Shown: piece after piece, positions 1 to 13,477 of the stretch | How positions within the stretch are numbered: position 1 is the stretch's first letter | Layout of the letters: each line of letters opens with the position of its first letter | Source: Raja brachyura | Taxonomy: Eukaryota | Direction: 5' to 3' | Assembly: GCA_963514005.1 (NCBI GenBank) | Contig: OY740789.1 | Span: forward strand, 82,522,001-82,586,000 | Length of the DNA stretch: 64,000 bases | Program-made: the position numbers and the translations under genes | The notes under the pieces: model-generated | Databases searched by the model: none | Told to the model about the DNA's origin: nothing | What the model saw: only the letters and a program-made list of their open reading frames with translations

Positions 1-1075
1 TGACACCTGTACTAATCAAGAATCTATCTATCTCTGCTTAAAAATATCCACTGATTTAGCCTCCACGGCCTTCCGTGGCAAAGACTTCCACAGATTCACC
101 ACCCTCTGACTGAAGAAAGTTACCCTCATTTCCACACTAAAAGAACATCCTTTAATTCTGAGGCTTTGACCTCTAGTCCTAGACTCTCCCACTCATGGAA
201 ACATCCTCTCCACATCCACTCGATCCAAGCCTTTCACTACTCTGTATGTTTCAATGAGGTCGCCCCTCATTCCTCTAATCTGAAATCAAAGTGGTTAACA
301 GGGAGCTGATGAGTTATCGGGATCATGTACAAGTTAGGCTGATGATAATAGATTAACTGGCCCCATAGCAGAAGCGTCCACGTCGCGGGGCTGGAAACTG
401 GAAGTATCCCGAGCTAAATCTGCTACCACCATCATCTATTGCCACAAGTGATGGCCACACTGATTGTCGCTGGAAGCTTGGGTCCTTTTCATCATGGACG
501 ATGACAGCGAGGTCAAGATTTGTCACAAGATGGACACGAAAAGAAGAAGATAGATTAACTTAGAGGGTAGAAGTCAGAGTTTATTCCATAACATTGCTGG
601 AGTAACTCAGTGGGACAGGCAGCATCTCTGGTGAAAATGAATAGGTGATGTTTCAGGTTGGGACTGTTCTTCAGACCCGAAACGTCACTTCCCCCTGTTC
701 TCCAGAGAAGCTGCCTGACCCGCTGACTTACTCCAGCACCTTTGGTTGTAATTGGGAATGTGAGACCAGCATGGACTGATATTATTTAAAAAGTTGATTT
801 AAATAATTGTACAAAAAACTAGTTCACCAAAACTAACTCATCAAAACGCATTAAAAGAAGCACACCTCCATAAACACTTTAAGTTGATTAATAAGATCTT
901 TTGTCTTCCCCATCCCTCCAGGCCTGGAAACCAAATAAAGCCTCCAACTACATAACCGAGATGGAGATATGCTGGGGGACTACAATCTGCTGCTTTTAAT
1001 ATTTAAACTGATTTTAAAAGGAATTTAATATGTCAGAGGATGGTGAATCTAGAGAATTGATTGTCACAGAAGGCT

Positions 1076-1841
1076 GTTGTGTGGGCGGGGGCTGTGGAGG
1101 GGAGGGGTGTGTGGGAGTGGGTATGTGTTGGCAGAAGGGCTGTGGGGGGGTGAGGTGTGTGTGTGTGGGGTATGTGTGAGCAGGGGGGTTTGGGGAAAAG
1201 GGGTGTGTGGGAGAGGGGTGTGTGTGAGCAGGGTAGGGTTGTGAAGGGTGTGTGGAAGGGAGGGCTGTGTGGGAGGGAGGGGTGTGTTTGGGGTGGTTGG
1301 GGTGTGGGGGTGAGGGGTGTGGGGGCAGGGGGGAGAGAGCTCGGATAAAAGATGGGAGAAGAGCCATGGGGGAGATTACGGTATTACGGGGAGGGGGGCA
1401 GGAGCCAGCGAGGGGGGCCAGAGGGGAAGGGGCTGGGGGTGCGATTGGGACTCACAGTGAGCACTGGCCGCTTCGCTGGTAGTTCTCCTCCGAACGGCTC
1501 ATGGACTCAATCAGCACGGCTGGTGGACTCAGCCCCGCATCCGGGGCTTTATTCTTCTCGCCCCACCCAGTGATTAACAGCAGATGCCGGAAGGGCCATT
1601 ACCTTCATGCTGACTGACAGACGAGTAGACCAATCTGCTGATCTCATGATTTTTTAAACCTTCATTATTTTTGTAATCTTCCACTCATCGGAACAAAACT
1701 TTGTGCGCTTGGAGCAGAGGAGAACGGTGAGTAATGTGGCGAAAAATCCTAGCAATGTAGGGGACCCCCCGTTTTTGCACAAATTGGAAGACACAAGCAA
1801 ACCGGAAGAGGACAAGATGAAGGTTTTAGAAATAGTATAGA
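1076..1841 (-). mobile_element. Related Helitron 5' portion (3' boundary uncertain), with a G/T-rich tract
   Basis: The reverse complement begins A|TCTATACTATTTCTAAAACC and aligns by eye to the first ~190 nt of the element at 13478. Confidence 0.55.
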
Positions 1842-3000
1842 TGTCGGAAATGTACATGCATCATTTTGTAAGAAACATAAGATCACTGCAAAATGAGGCG
1901 GCCAGAGTAGGAGGAGTTACAAATGTAAAGGTTGAAGAATAGAGAAGAGGAAAGACAGGGAGGGATTTGAAAAGGTCAATGAGAATTTTAATTTGTCACA
2001 TCTCAATTAGAAGACAGAAGTCCTTAAGGAGAGGGATAAAGATACAGCATGAGTTTGGCGAAGCACTGAAACAGATAAGTATTGGGTATTTTTGCAGAAA
2101 ATATTACAATCTCATTTACCTGGAGCTGAAACCATAACCTGACCTCGTGAAGGTCGCAAGCAAGAAGTCATTATGAGAATGCACAACAAAACAAAAATGA
2201 GTTTTTCCTTTAATAATTTCATGCTTAATTCACCACAGTTTAGAACCAAGTCAGTGCTAATCCGAGACCAAAACGGTTGTCAATGCAAACAAAAGATGGG
2301 CAACCCCGTTACTTTACCCTGCTGACTCAAAATTATTTGCTTTTCATGTACAAATCTAATTCAATAAAAAAAGTTATTACTGAATCTATTGTCTCCAATC
2401 ATTTAGGGATTTGGCTGCAGTGAGACGGTCCTTGTTACCTTTAGCCTCACGATCGACAATGTTCACCTATACTATCTGAACATTTCAGATGTTGAGCTGA
2501 ACATGAGCTAAATATATTTCCCAGTGAATCCCTACACCTCATCAGTCTGGTGAGTTGGTCATCAAGTTTTCGCCAGCTGATTTAAGTTACTGTATTACGA
2601 TACGATAAAACTATATACATCCCTGGAGGGAATTTGGGGTGTCACCTGTTTCCCTTGGGAAACACTCCAGCTTAGTTTATTGTCACGTGTACCAAGGTTG
2701 TGTGCGTGCTAACCAGTCGGCAGAAGGACAATACATGATTACAATCCAGCCATCAGTGTAGATACATGATAAAGGAAATAACATTTAGTGCAAGATAATG
2801 TCCAGTAAAGTCCGAACAAAGATAGTCTGAGGGTCTCCAATGAGGTAGATAGTAGCTCAGGATCGCGCTCCAGTTGGTGATCAGATGGTTCAGTTGCCTG
2901 CTGTTCCCAAACCATGCTGTGATGCACCCTTGATACATTTTGAATGAATACAAAAGGAGGGCTGCATGAGGGAATACAAGCACAGTTTTACACATTGCAT

Positions 3001-3270
3001 GGGTGGCACAGTAGAGCAACAGTAGAGTTGCTGCCTCACAGCACCAGAGACCCGGGTTCCATCCTGACTACGGATGCTGTCTGTTCGGAGTTTGTACCTT
3101 CTCCATGTGACCGCGTGGGTTTCAGTTTCCACCCACACTCCAAAGACATGGAGATTTGTACGTTAATTGGTTTCAGCAAAAATTGCCTCTGGTGTGTGGA
3201 GGATAGTCATAGTGTACTGGTCGGCACGGACTTGGTGGGTCGAAGGGCCTCTTTCCGTGTTGTATCTCTA
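3001..3270 (+). mobile_element. tRNA-derived V-SINE (HE1-like)
   Basis: gggtggcacagt...gctgcctcacagc...gacccgggttc head and V-domain ggagtttgtaccttctcc...gcgtgggtttc. Other copies on the - strand at ~3850-4280 and ~55710-56413, both split by CR1 pieces. Confidence 0.75.
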
Positions 3271-6200
3271 ACGTCTGACGTAATGCAGTGGTGTTGCCAG
3301 GACTCGTGGGCCTGAATTACGGGGAGAGATTGGGTAAGCTCGGACTTTATTCCTTGGAGCGCAGGAGGCTGAGGGGTGATCTTTTAGAGGTGTATAAAAC
3401 GTGAGGGGAATAGGGTGAATACACAGTGTTCATTTCCCAGGATAGAGGAATTAAGATCCAGAGTAATAATTGATCCTTCGCAACTGATCCACGGTTATCG
3501 ATAGTGAGGGCAGCTATTGGATGGAGGGAAAATGCCAGATGTTATTGTGGGGAAGGTGACTTGGAGGATTATTAAAACTGTGCAGCTATTGGAAAGGGAA
3601 TTTTATGACAAGAATGAGAGTTTTCTTCCTTAATTTCAATAGGTCTTGGGTGACCTAATGTTAATAAGGGGAAGGGCAAATATGAGCGGAGATTGATCCT
3701 TTTTGAAATGGGGAGGATGAAGAGCTGGAAGCTCAATCTGGGGATCAGCTAAGGTGAAGAGGATGTGAACTGTGATTCAGAAAGTGTCAGGCAATCACGT
3801 AAGTGGATTTAAAATCTGTATGAAGCCAAAATAGTGGGTTGCATTTTTTTCTAAAAGATGCAGCGTTGAAACAGGCCCTTCAACCCACCGACTCTGTGCC
3901 GACCAGCGATCCTCATACACTGGTTCTATGGTATAGATTAGGGACAATAGGACAATTCATTGCCACAGAAGGTTGCAGAGGCCATTGGGTATTTTTACGG
4001 CAGATAGAGTCTTGATTAGTATGGGTGTCTGGGGTTATGGGGAGAAGGCAAGGAAAAGATAGATCAGCCATGATTGAATGGTGGAGTAGACTTGATGGGC
4101 CAAATGGCCTAATTCTGTTACTATAACTTATGAACATGAATTTACAGCAGCCAATTAACCTACAAACCTGCATATTTTTGGCGTGTGGGAGGAAACCCAC
4201 ATGGTCACAGAAGAAGATAAAAACTCCAAACCAACGTGAATTCGTAGTCAGGATTGAACCCGGGTCCCTGCGATGTGAGGCAGAGATTCTACTGATTAAA
4301 TTCCATTTTAATTGGAGGAAATCGCAGTCCTTTTAATACTGGATAACAGAGCCACACTCCGTGCATGGATGGCTGGAAAGATGGAGCTGGGCATCGTCAC
4401 TAGACGTGTAGGAGGCAACGCACAAATCTGCAGGTTGCGTTAGCGAGGAACAACACGTGTGAGAAATGCAGAGCCAAGGATCATCCTGGGGGTTTCCTAG
4501 AACAAATCCCCTGGCTGAAGAAACTCAAAATACAACCTGATCAATGTGGAACCAATTCCATCAGGTTGGATAATGGAGGGAAGACACTGGAGGAGATTAC
4601 AATGACTTGTTCAGAGGCAGCAGAAAAATCAAAGATAACACAGGATACTGAACATCAATGCAGAAACTGGTTATATATAAAACCCGTGGCAAATATTCTC
4701 CATTGACGTTGTGAAGTCCAATATTATCTATTTTTTAAATGTTGTCCAACCTCATTTGTAATCATTGAAAATATATTTACTTTACCACTAACTTCCCCCT
4801 CTCCTGTTATTTGTCCCCTAATTAGGAAATTATAGGTGTTTATTTCAAAAATGACTCCAGAAGCAAGAGACCATGACAAAAGGGACATGGATCAGAATTT
4901 AAAGCTTAGCGTGTTCTCAACTCTGATTTGAAATCAGCAGAAAAGTCACAAAGTATTTGTCTTTCTGGAGGCCAAGGAGCAAGTATGACTTTAATTGGAT
5001 GTGTTTATCAGGGAGTGGAAATTGTCCTTGGGGATTATATCAATGCCCTCCTGAAATACTATACAGGAAAACAAAATGGCTCCTCAAAGGTGTTTTATTG
5101 TCAGGTGGTCACTGCGCACTGAAATTATCACACATGCACCAGGTGCCATATTTTGGCACCGTTTACAAAAAGACTAGTCCAGTCCACACACATGCTCGAT
5201 GTACTGGAGAGGCTCCCGATCCAGGTAAGCCTCAGGCTTACCTCCTTTGTCACCCTCGATTGGGTTGTCCTGTGAACCGACGTCCTCACCCGACTGCCAG
5301 TGTCCCGGGATGCCTCCTGCAGCCGGCCTTGAAAGTGCTGGTGGCAAAACACAGGTCCCTCTCCTTGTTTCCGACATCACCAGCGGCTCCCTCCTCCACG
5401 GCTCAACTCGGGGTCGAGCTCGGTGACTTCCCAGCTTCCCCCCTGCAGGCCGTGCTGTGCCTTATGGTGTTAGACTTGAGGCCACAACTGCATGCTTCTG
5501 CATCATGCATGTTTCATTTGTGCAATAACCAGCCACATTGTCCTTGGCTTGTACAAAGTCCCACGACATCTGACCACCATCTGCAAGTGTGCCAGAGAAT
5601 CTGTGAAATCCATTGCCACAGACGGCTGTGGGGGCCGTCAATAGATATTTTAAGGATGAGATTCATAGGTGCTTGATTAGTACGGGTGTCAGGAGTTATT
5701 GGGAGAAGGCAGGAGAAGAGGGTTGAGAGGAAAAGATAGATCAGCCACGACTAAAAGGCGGAGGGGACTTGATGGGCCGAATTCCGCTCCTCCAACTTAT
5801 GAACTTATTGCAAACAATGACGAAGCCGAGTACAAGATGGAGATACAGGGCTTGGTAATTTACCCAGGGGGTACATTTTGCCCACCCAGGGGATAAATCT
5901 GTTGATTCTGGATTTGTACATAATTTCTCTCATTGACTGACTGTGTTTGGTTCTGGTTCATCATTAGTTATTCACAAATAAGTGAAATAACATTGTTATG
6001 CGCTATTAAAGTTGCCTGGGGTAAACGGGATGAAAAAGGTTGGGAACCGCTGCGCTAGTCTGTATCAATGGTGCTGAAGTGGAGATGGTCAAGACCTTCA
6101 AGTTTCCATGTGTAAATTTGTCCTGATCCAACCACATTGACACTGCAGCCAAGAAAGCACTAATGCCTTTACTTCTACAGAAGGCTAAGTAAAATCGGCA

Positions 6201-6619
6201 CATCTCCAATCACTCTTATCAATTTCTAATATAGAGAGCATTCTATCTGGACACATCAAAGCTTGTTTCTCTGCCCGAGACAGCAAGAAATTGTAGAGAG
6301 TTATGATCATAGCACAGTTTATCACACAAACCAGCCTGCCATCCCTCCAGCTCTCAAACATGCTATTGGGAGTTCTAACACAGTGGACAATTACAAAGCA
6401 AAGATTCATGGATGTTCTCAAAGGGTCTTTGTAGCAACCCAACATTCCCATGCCACTGAGTCCTGGGAACCTCTGGCCAACGGCCTCTACAAATGGAGAA
6501 GCAGCCGGGATGGTGAGCACAACCTTGGTCCCTTTGCCTGTGCAGATCACAAACACCAGCCGACAAACTACCCAACAACCCTACCCGGGGATCAGTTAGT
6601 GGCCTCATCAGCCACCTCA

Positions 6620-8030
6620 CAACCCACCACACTGACGTGGATCCCCCCCTCTCTACCCCTCCCACTGCCGCATCCTCCCTCTAACCCCACTCCCTTTAAC
6701 ATCTTTAGCCCATACCTGTTCCTCTCCATCTACCCCTCTCAGTCCCTGTCCCTCGCTCCACCCCCTCTGTCTCCTTCCACCCCCTTTCCTCCTTCGGCCC
6801 TCTGTCTACCCCCTCCACCCTTTGCCCGGCAACTCCATCCTCTCCCTCTATCCCCCCCCCCCCCACACCAACCTATTCCTCCTTTTACATCCTTTCATCC
6901 TGCTCCTTCTTTGCCCTCCTAGCCCCTTCTACCCCCCTTTCCACCTCTTTGACCCCCTTCCCTCCTGCTGCTCCTCCCTTTCCCACCTATCTCTCCCACT
7001 ACCCCTTTTCCACCACCTTCCACACTTCCCCAACCCCTTCCCACCCTCCCCCATCCCCTCCCCAGCACTCCTCCCTTCTTTCACCTTCCTTCTCCTCACC
7101 CCTCTCTCCCCGTCCCCTCCCATTCAACCCTACTCCCTCACCCATGTGTCCACTTCACCCCTCACTCCCCGTCCCCTCCCATTCAACCCTACTCCCTCAC
7201 CCATGTGTCCACTCCACCCCTTCCTCTCACCCCTCTCTCCCCGTCCCCTCCCATTCAACCCTACTCCCTCACCCATGTGTCCACTTCACCCCTTCCTCTC
7301 ACCCCTCTCTCCCCGTCCCCTCCCATTCAACCCTACTCCCTCACCCATGTGTCCACTTCACCCCTTCCTCTCACCCCTCTCTCCCCGTCCCCTCCCATTC
7401 AACCCTACTCCCTCACCCATGTGTCCACTTCACCCCTCACTCCCCGTCCCCTCCCATTCAACCCTACTCCCTCACCCATGTGTCCACTTCACCCCTCACT
7501 CCCCGTCCCCTCCCATTCAACCCTACTCCCTCACCCATGTGTCCACTTCACCCCTCACTCCCCGTCCCCTCCCATTCAACCCTACTCCCTCACCCATGTG
7601 TCCACTTCACCCCTTCCTCTCACTACTCACTCCCACTCCCCCTTTCTGCCTCCGCCTTCACTTCCCCCACCCTCTACCCCCTCTCCCCAACCCATTCTCC
7701 CTCCATCCGTTCCCCTCTCTCTATCCCAGCCTCACTCCTCCTTCCCCTTTGCTCTCCACCCTATCCCACCCTCTCCTCCTCTCCCATTCCCCCTCCCCCC
7801 TCCCTCGCATCTCTCTCCCCTCTCTCTCCCCCTCCCTCTCCCTTCATCTCCCTCTCTTCCCGCTTACTCCCCTCCCTCCCCCTCGTCCTACCCTCTCTCT
7901 CCTCCCCCTCTTACTCCCCATCCAGACCCTCGCCTGTGATCACATTGACAACCCAGACGTGGCTCCGACCCTCCCCCTCCCCCTCTCCCACCGCCACTCA
8001 CTGCTTCATGTTCTCCCCCAGCGCCTCCGC
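6620..8030. repeat. Pyrimidine-rich low-complexity tract containing a 59/73-bp minisatellite (~7100-7620)
   Basis: Repeated ccccgtcccctcccattcaaccctactccctcacccatgtgtccacttca units inside a C/T tract. Confidence 0.92.
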
Positions 8031-9429
8031 TGAGAGAATGGAGCGGCTGGGCTTGTACACTCTGGAGTTTACAAGGATGAGAGGGCATCTTATTGAAACA
8101 TATAAGATAATTAAGGGGTTGGACACGCTAGAGGCAGGAAACATGTTCCTGATGTTAGGGCCAGAACCAGGGACCACAGTTTAAGAATAAGGGGTAAGAT
8201 ATTTAGAACGGAGATGTGGAAACACTTTATCACACAGAGAGTTGTGAGTCTGTGGAATTCTCTGCCTCAGAGGGCGGTGGAGGCCGGTTCTCTGGATACT
8301 TTCAAGAGAGAGCTAGATAGGGCTCTTAACGATAGCGGAGTCAGGGGATATGGGGAGAAGGCAGGAATGGGGTAGTAATTTGGGATGATCAGCCATGATC
8401 ACATTGAATGGCGGTGCTGACTCGAAGGGCCGAATGGCCTACTCCTGCACCTATTGTCTATTGTCTATTAATTGTGGCCCAGCCTGCTGCTTCAGTCTTA
8501 AACCTGATTCACTGATTCGCATCAGCAAACATCAGCTCAAACACGTTCTACAGGGATTCTGCCCACGGCTTTTTGTAATGTTTTAAAGGCAGTTCGTGTA
8601 ACTTTTTAGTTTGTCCTTAGTTTATTGCTTTGATGCTGCCAATTCCCATCTCACCGATCACTTCAACTACTGTCATCAGAGTGGATCTCTATGATCAGCT
8701 CGAGCAAACACAGAATAAGTTGCTGGTGGGAGTCTCTCAGCTGCATCAGAATCTAAAATGCAGGTGTACGTACGTCTGGACAGCTCGTTCCCATGACTTA
8801 ATCAGTGTAATCATGATCAATGACAATCACCAGCACTTTGAGCCCGTTTCTGAACGTGGAACATTTACTGAAATGCGGAGAGGGTCTTCATTGCCCATTG
8901 GTTTTGATTCTTTCAGCCCAATTTCATGGGGGTAAACATGAACCTGTTGGTGCAAAACACAGCATCAGAATTATTTTTTTGTATGTAAAGCAGTGTGTGT
9001 ATTCTTTGTAGTAACAGCTCTGCTGGGAGGGCCCCCTGCTCAAATTGAACCTGCCTGTGCAACCTGAGAGGAAGTGCAAGGAGAAGGACTGGGTCGAAAT
9101 GTTATCAGAGTTTCAGACATCTGGCAGTTGTTAATAACAAATGGTTGCTGTGATTCAAGTAAATCAATTGCTGTCTTTGATACCTCATGAAGTTTTCATT
9201 CAAGTTAATGCAAATGTTAATGTAATGAAATGTAATGCAATTTAATGTCATGAAGTGGATCTCCCTCATCTTAAAGCCCAGAGAAACATGTGGCAGTCTG
9301 TGGCCCATGGGTGGTATTGTGAGGTGTTGATTTGTTCAATGTGTTTATCTGGTTTCTGCGGGTACAATTTGTCTGCCATTAGCAGCCATGACATTGTATT
9401 ATAGAATGTACTAAATGCTGGTTTGTAGC

Positions 9430-10390
9430 AAAGATCGACACAAAAATGCTGGAGTAGCTCAACAGGTCAGGTCAGGCCGGATCTCTGGAGAAAATGGGTA
9501 GGGGACGTTTCAGCTCGGGCCCCATCTTCAGCCTGAGGAGAGAGACGAGAGAGGGATTCCAAGGGTTACTTGAATTTGGATAAATCAATATTCATACCGC
9601 TGGCTTGTTGGCTGCCCAAGCAAAATATGAGGCTAGTTCTGCAATTTGCATGTGGCCTCAGTCTGACAGTTGAGGAGGCACAGGACTGAAAGGTCAGTGT
9701 GGGAAATGGGAAGAGGAGATGCTAACATCTTTGGCAACTGGTGGGTCTCGTTGGCCAAGGCGGGCTGAGCCTAGGTGTGTCAACAAAATGATCACCCAGT
9801 CTGTGCTTAGTCTCACCGATACATTGGAGGTTGGAGGAGATGCGTGAACCTCTGCCTCACCCAAGAGGACTGTCGGGGTCCCTTGCAATCCCTCTCTCTC
9901 CCTCCCTCCTTCCACCACCCGAGACAACTTGCTAGTTTCATGGTTCGTATCCCTTCATTATCACTTCATCCACAGCCAACAATGGACCATTGTGGGCTCT
10001 ACCTTTCCTGAGTCATCGATGATGGCTCTCATTTGCTCTGTACCTTTTCATACCTCTAGTTTCCCTTTCCCCTGACTCAGTCTGAAGAAGGGTCTTGACC
10101 CGAAATGTCATCTTCCTTTTCTCCAGATGCAATCTGACCCAGTGTTACTCCAGCATTTTGTGCCTATTTCGATGTAAACTAGCATCTGCAATTCCTATCA
10201 ATACTCTCCCTCACCTCTATCCACCTATCACTTGCCAGGTTTGTCCTCCCCCCCTCCCCCCTCCCCCCCCCCCCTCCCCCCACCATCACTACAATCAATG
10301 AAGAAGAATCGCAACCTGAAACATCACAACCGTGTTCTCCAGAGATGCTGCCTGACCCATTGTTACTCCAGCACTTTATTTTTTAGCGCA
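9430..10390. mobile_element. Penelope 3'-end fragments in both orientations
   Basis: Similar to 21180-21830, with the GIY-YIG end on - and terminal repeats on +; hammerhead-like core at 10082-10109. Other solo ends at ~595-738, ~46390-46630, ~52860-52950 and ~63645-63780. Confidence 0.75.
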
Positions 10391-10744
10391 GCCTTTAGTA
10401 TTTTTACTTTGAAGTAACAAAGAAAAGTTATTGGTATTGAAATACCTTTATTTTTTAAATCCTGTCGGAAAAGTAACTGTCTTATTGCGAGTCTGAAACA
10501 CTCTAGCCCCAAAGCCTCCTTTTCCCCCATTGGTATCATTGTCTTTACAAAGTGATTTTGTACACATGAAGCTTGTTCAGAACACGATTATCACTTTGGA
10601 GCAGATTATTTGTAAAGGGTCCTGAACACTTTCCCATCAGCACTCCAAAGCAGATGCAGCATAGATCAGTACAGAGGAGAGTTTCTGCCATATTATAACA
10701 AGATCTTTCCTGGTCCCAGCACACTAATGCAATTATAGGTCCTT

Positions 10745-11790
10745 TTCAGAAAGGCAGGCAGTGGCGAGTGGACTGCCGCAAGGCTCGGTGTTGTGGCCGC
10801 AACTGTTTACCATATATATTAATGATTTGGAAGAGGGAATTAGGAGCAACACCAGCAAGTTTGCGGATGACACAAAGTTGGGTGGCAGTGTGAACTGTGA
10901 AGAGGATGTTATGAGGTTGCAGGGTGACCTGGACAGGTTGAGTGAGTGGGCAGATGTGTGGCAGATGCAGTATAATCATAGATAAATCTGAGGTTATCCA
11001 GTTTGGTGGCAAAAACAAGGGGTTGGATTATTATCTCAATGGGGTTAGGTAATGGGGAGGTGCAACGAGACCTGGGTGTCCTTGTACACCAGTCACTGAA
11101 AGTTGGCGTGCAGGTACAGCAGGCAGTGAAGAAAGCTAATGGAATGTTGGCCTTCATAACAAGAGGATTTCAGTATAGGAGTAAAGAGGTTCTTCTGCAG
11201 TTGTACAGGGCTCTGATGAGACCACATCTGGAGTATTGCGTACAGTTTTGGTCTCCTAATTTGTGGAAGGACATCCTTGTGATTGAGGCAGTGCAGCGTA
11301 AGTTCATGAGATTGACGCCTGGGATGGCGGGACTGTCATATGAGGAAAGATTAAAAAGACTAGGCTTGAATTCACTGGAGTTTAGAAGGATGAGGGGAAT
11401 CTTATAGAAACATATAAAATTATAAAAGGACTGGACAAGCTAGATGCAGGATAAATGTTCACAATGTTGGGCGAGTCCAGAACTAGGGACCACAGTCTTA
11501 GAATAAAGGGGAGGCCATTTAAGACTGATGTGAGAAAAAACCTTTTCACTCAGAGCTGTGAATTTGTGGAATTCCCTGCCACAGAGGGCAGTGGAGGCCA
11601 AATCACTGGATGGATTTAAGAGAGAGTTAGATAGAGCTCTCAGGGCTAGTGGAATCAAAGAATATGGGGAGAAGGCAGGCACGGGTTATAGATTGGGGAC
11701 GATCAGCCATGATCGCAATGAATGGCCGTGCTGGCTCTAAGGGCCGAATGGCCTCCTCCTACACATATTTTCTATGTTTCTATGTTTCTA
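10745..11790 (+). mobile_element. CR1 LINE 3' fragment
   Basis: SGLPQGSVL, KFADDTKL, RPHLEYCVQFW; (tttctatg)n tail. Confidence 0.9.
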
Positions 11791-12339
11791 TAAAGAAGGC
11801 ACATCAACGCCTCTACTTCCTGAGATGATTACGGAGAGTCTGCATGTTAAGGAGGACTCCCCCGAACTTCTACAGGTGCACTGTAGAGAGCATACTGACT
11901 GGTTGCATTGTGGCTTGGTTCGGCAAGTTCAAAGTCCAGGAGCGGAAAAGAATGCGGAAAGTTGTGCAAACCGACTCTCCATAATCTTGTCAGGAAGTAG
12001 AGTCGCTGATTTGCCTTATTTATGATTGCATCAGTGTGCCGGGACCAGGAAAGATCTTCGGAAATATGCACGCCAGCTGACAGATAGTGATTCCATAAGG
12101 AAATGACCAATTGCATTGGGCTCAAGAGCAAAGCAGGAAGGTTTGCTTTGTGTTGAGAGACCACTGGTAGGTTTGGATTAATCCTGAGCTTGAATTTAAA
12201 CCAATGCTCTTAACGTGCCTCAGTTGGTGGGAAACGCTGGGATACAAAGGGGGTGGGCTTTATGCTGGTGTATAATAGAGCTCCGGTTAGACCACATCTG
12301 GAGCTCTGGGTGTGATTCCGGGCAACACCGCTCAGGAAG

Positions 12340-13475
12340 GATAGACAATAGACAATAGATGCAGGAGTAGGTCATTCGGCCCTTCGAGCCAGCACAGCCA
12401 TTCGCTGTGATCATGGCTGATCATCCACAATCAGTACACCGTTGCTGCCTTCTCCCCATATCCCCTGACTCCACTATCTTTAAGAGCCCTATCTAGCTCT
12501 CTCTTGAAAGTATCCAGAGAACCAGCCTCCACCGCCCTCTGAGGCAGAGAATTTCACAACTCTCTGGGTGAAAAGGTGTTCCGTCATCCTGTTGTAAATG
12601 CCTTACCCCTTATTCTTAAATTGTGGCCCCTGGTTCTGGACTCCCCCAACATCAGGAACATGTTTCCTGTCTCTAGCGTGTCTAAACCCTTAATAATCTT
12701 ATATGTTTCAATAAGATCCTCTCTCATCCTTCTAAACTCCAGAGTATACAAGCCCAACTGCTCCATTCTCAACATATGACAGTCGCGCCATCCCGGGAAT
12801 TAACCTTGTAAACCGACGCTGCTCTCGCTTAATAGCAAGAATGTCCTTCCTCAATTTAGGGGACCAAAACTGCACACAATATTCCAGATGTGGTCTCACT
12901 AGGCCCCTGTACAACTGCAGAAGGACCTCTTTGTTCCAATACTCAACTCCTCTTGTTATGATGGCGAACATGCCATTTGATTTCTTCACTGCCTGCTGTA
13001 CCTGAATGCTTACTCTCATTGACTGATGTACAAGGACCCCCAGATCCCCTTGTACTTCTTCTTTTCCCAACTTGACACCATTCAGATAATAATCTGCCTT
13101 CCTGTTTTTGCCACCAAAGTGGATAACCTCACATTTATCCACATTAAACTGCATCTGCCATGCATCTGCCCACTCACCCAACTTGTCCAAGTCACCCTGC
13201 ATTCTCATAGCATCCTCCTCACAGTTCACACTGCCACCCAGCTTTGTGTCATCTGCAAATTTGGTAATGTTACTTTGAATCCCATCATGTAAATCATTGA
13301 TGTATATTGTTAATAGTTGAAGTGGATAACCTCACAATTATCCACTTTATACAGCATCTGCCATGCATCTGCCCACTCACCCAACCTATCCAAGTCACCC
13401 TGGTGCCTCATAGCATCCTTCTCGCAGCTGACACTGCCTCCCAGCTTTGTGTCATCCGCAAACTTGGAGATGTTA
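12340..13475 (-). mobile_element. CR1 LINE 3' fragment(s); continues at ~15416-15990 after the Helitron
   Basis: - strand ORFs with WQMQFNVDKC and RPHLEYCVQFW; caataga-type tail. Confidence 0.85.
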
Positions 13476-13477
13476 AA

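Noticed and set aside
4957-5676. 239-aa ORF
   Set aside because: Non-ATG start, no recognisable domain or splice structure, and it ends in CR1 sequence.
6263-8184. Long proline-rich ORFs
   Set aside because: C/T low-complexity tract and minisatellite running into a CR1 fragment.
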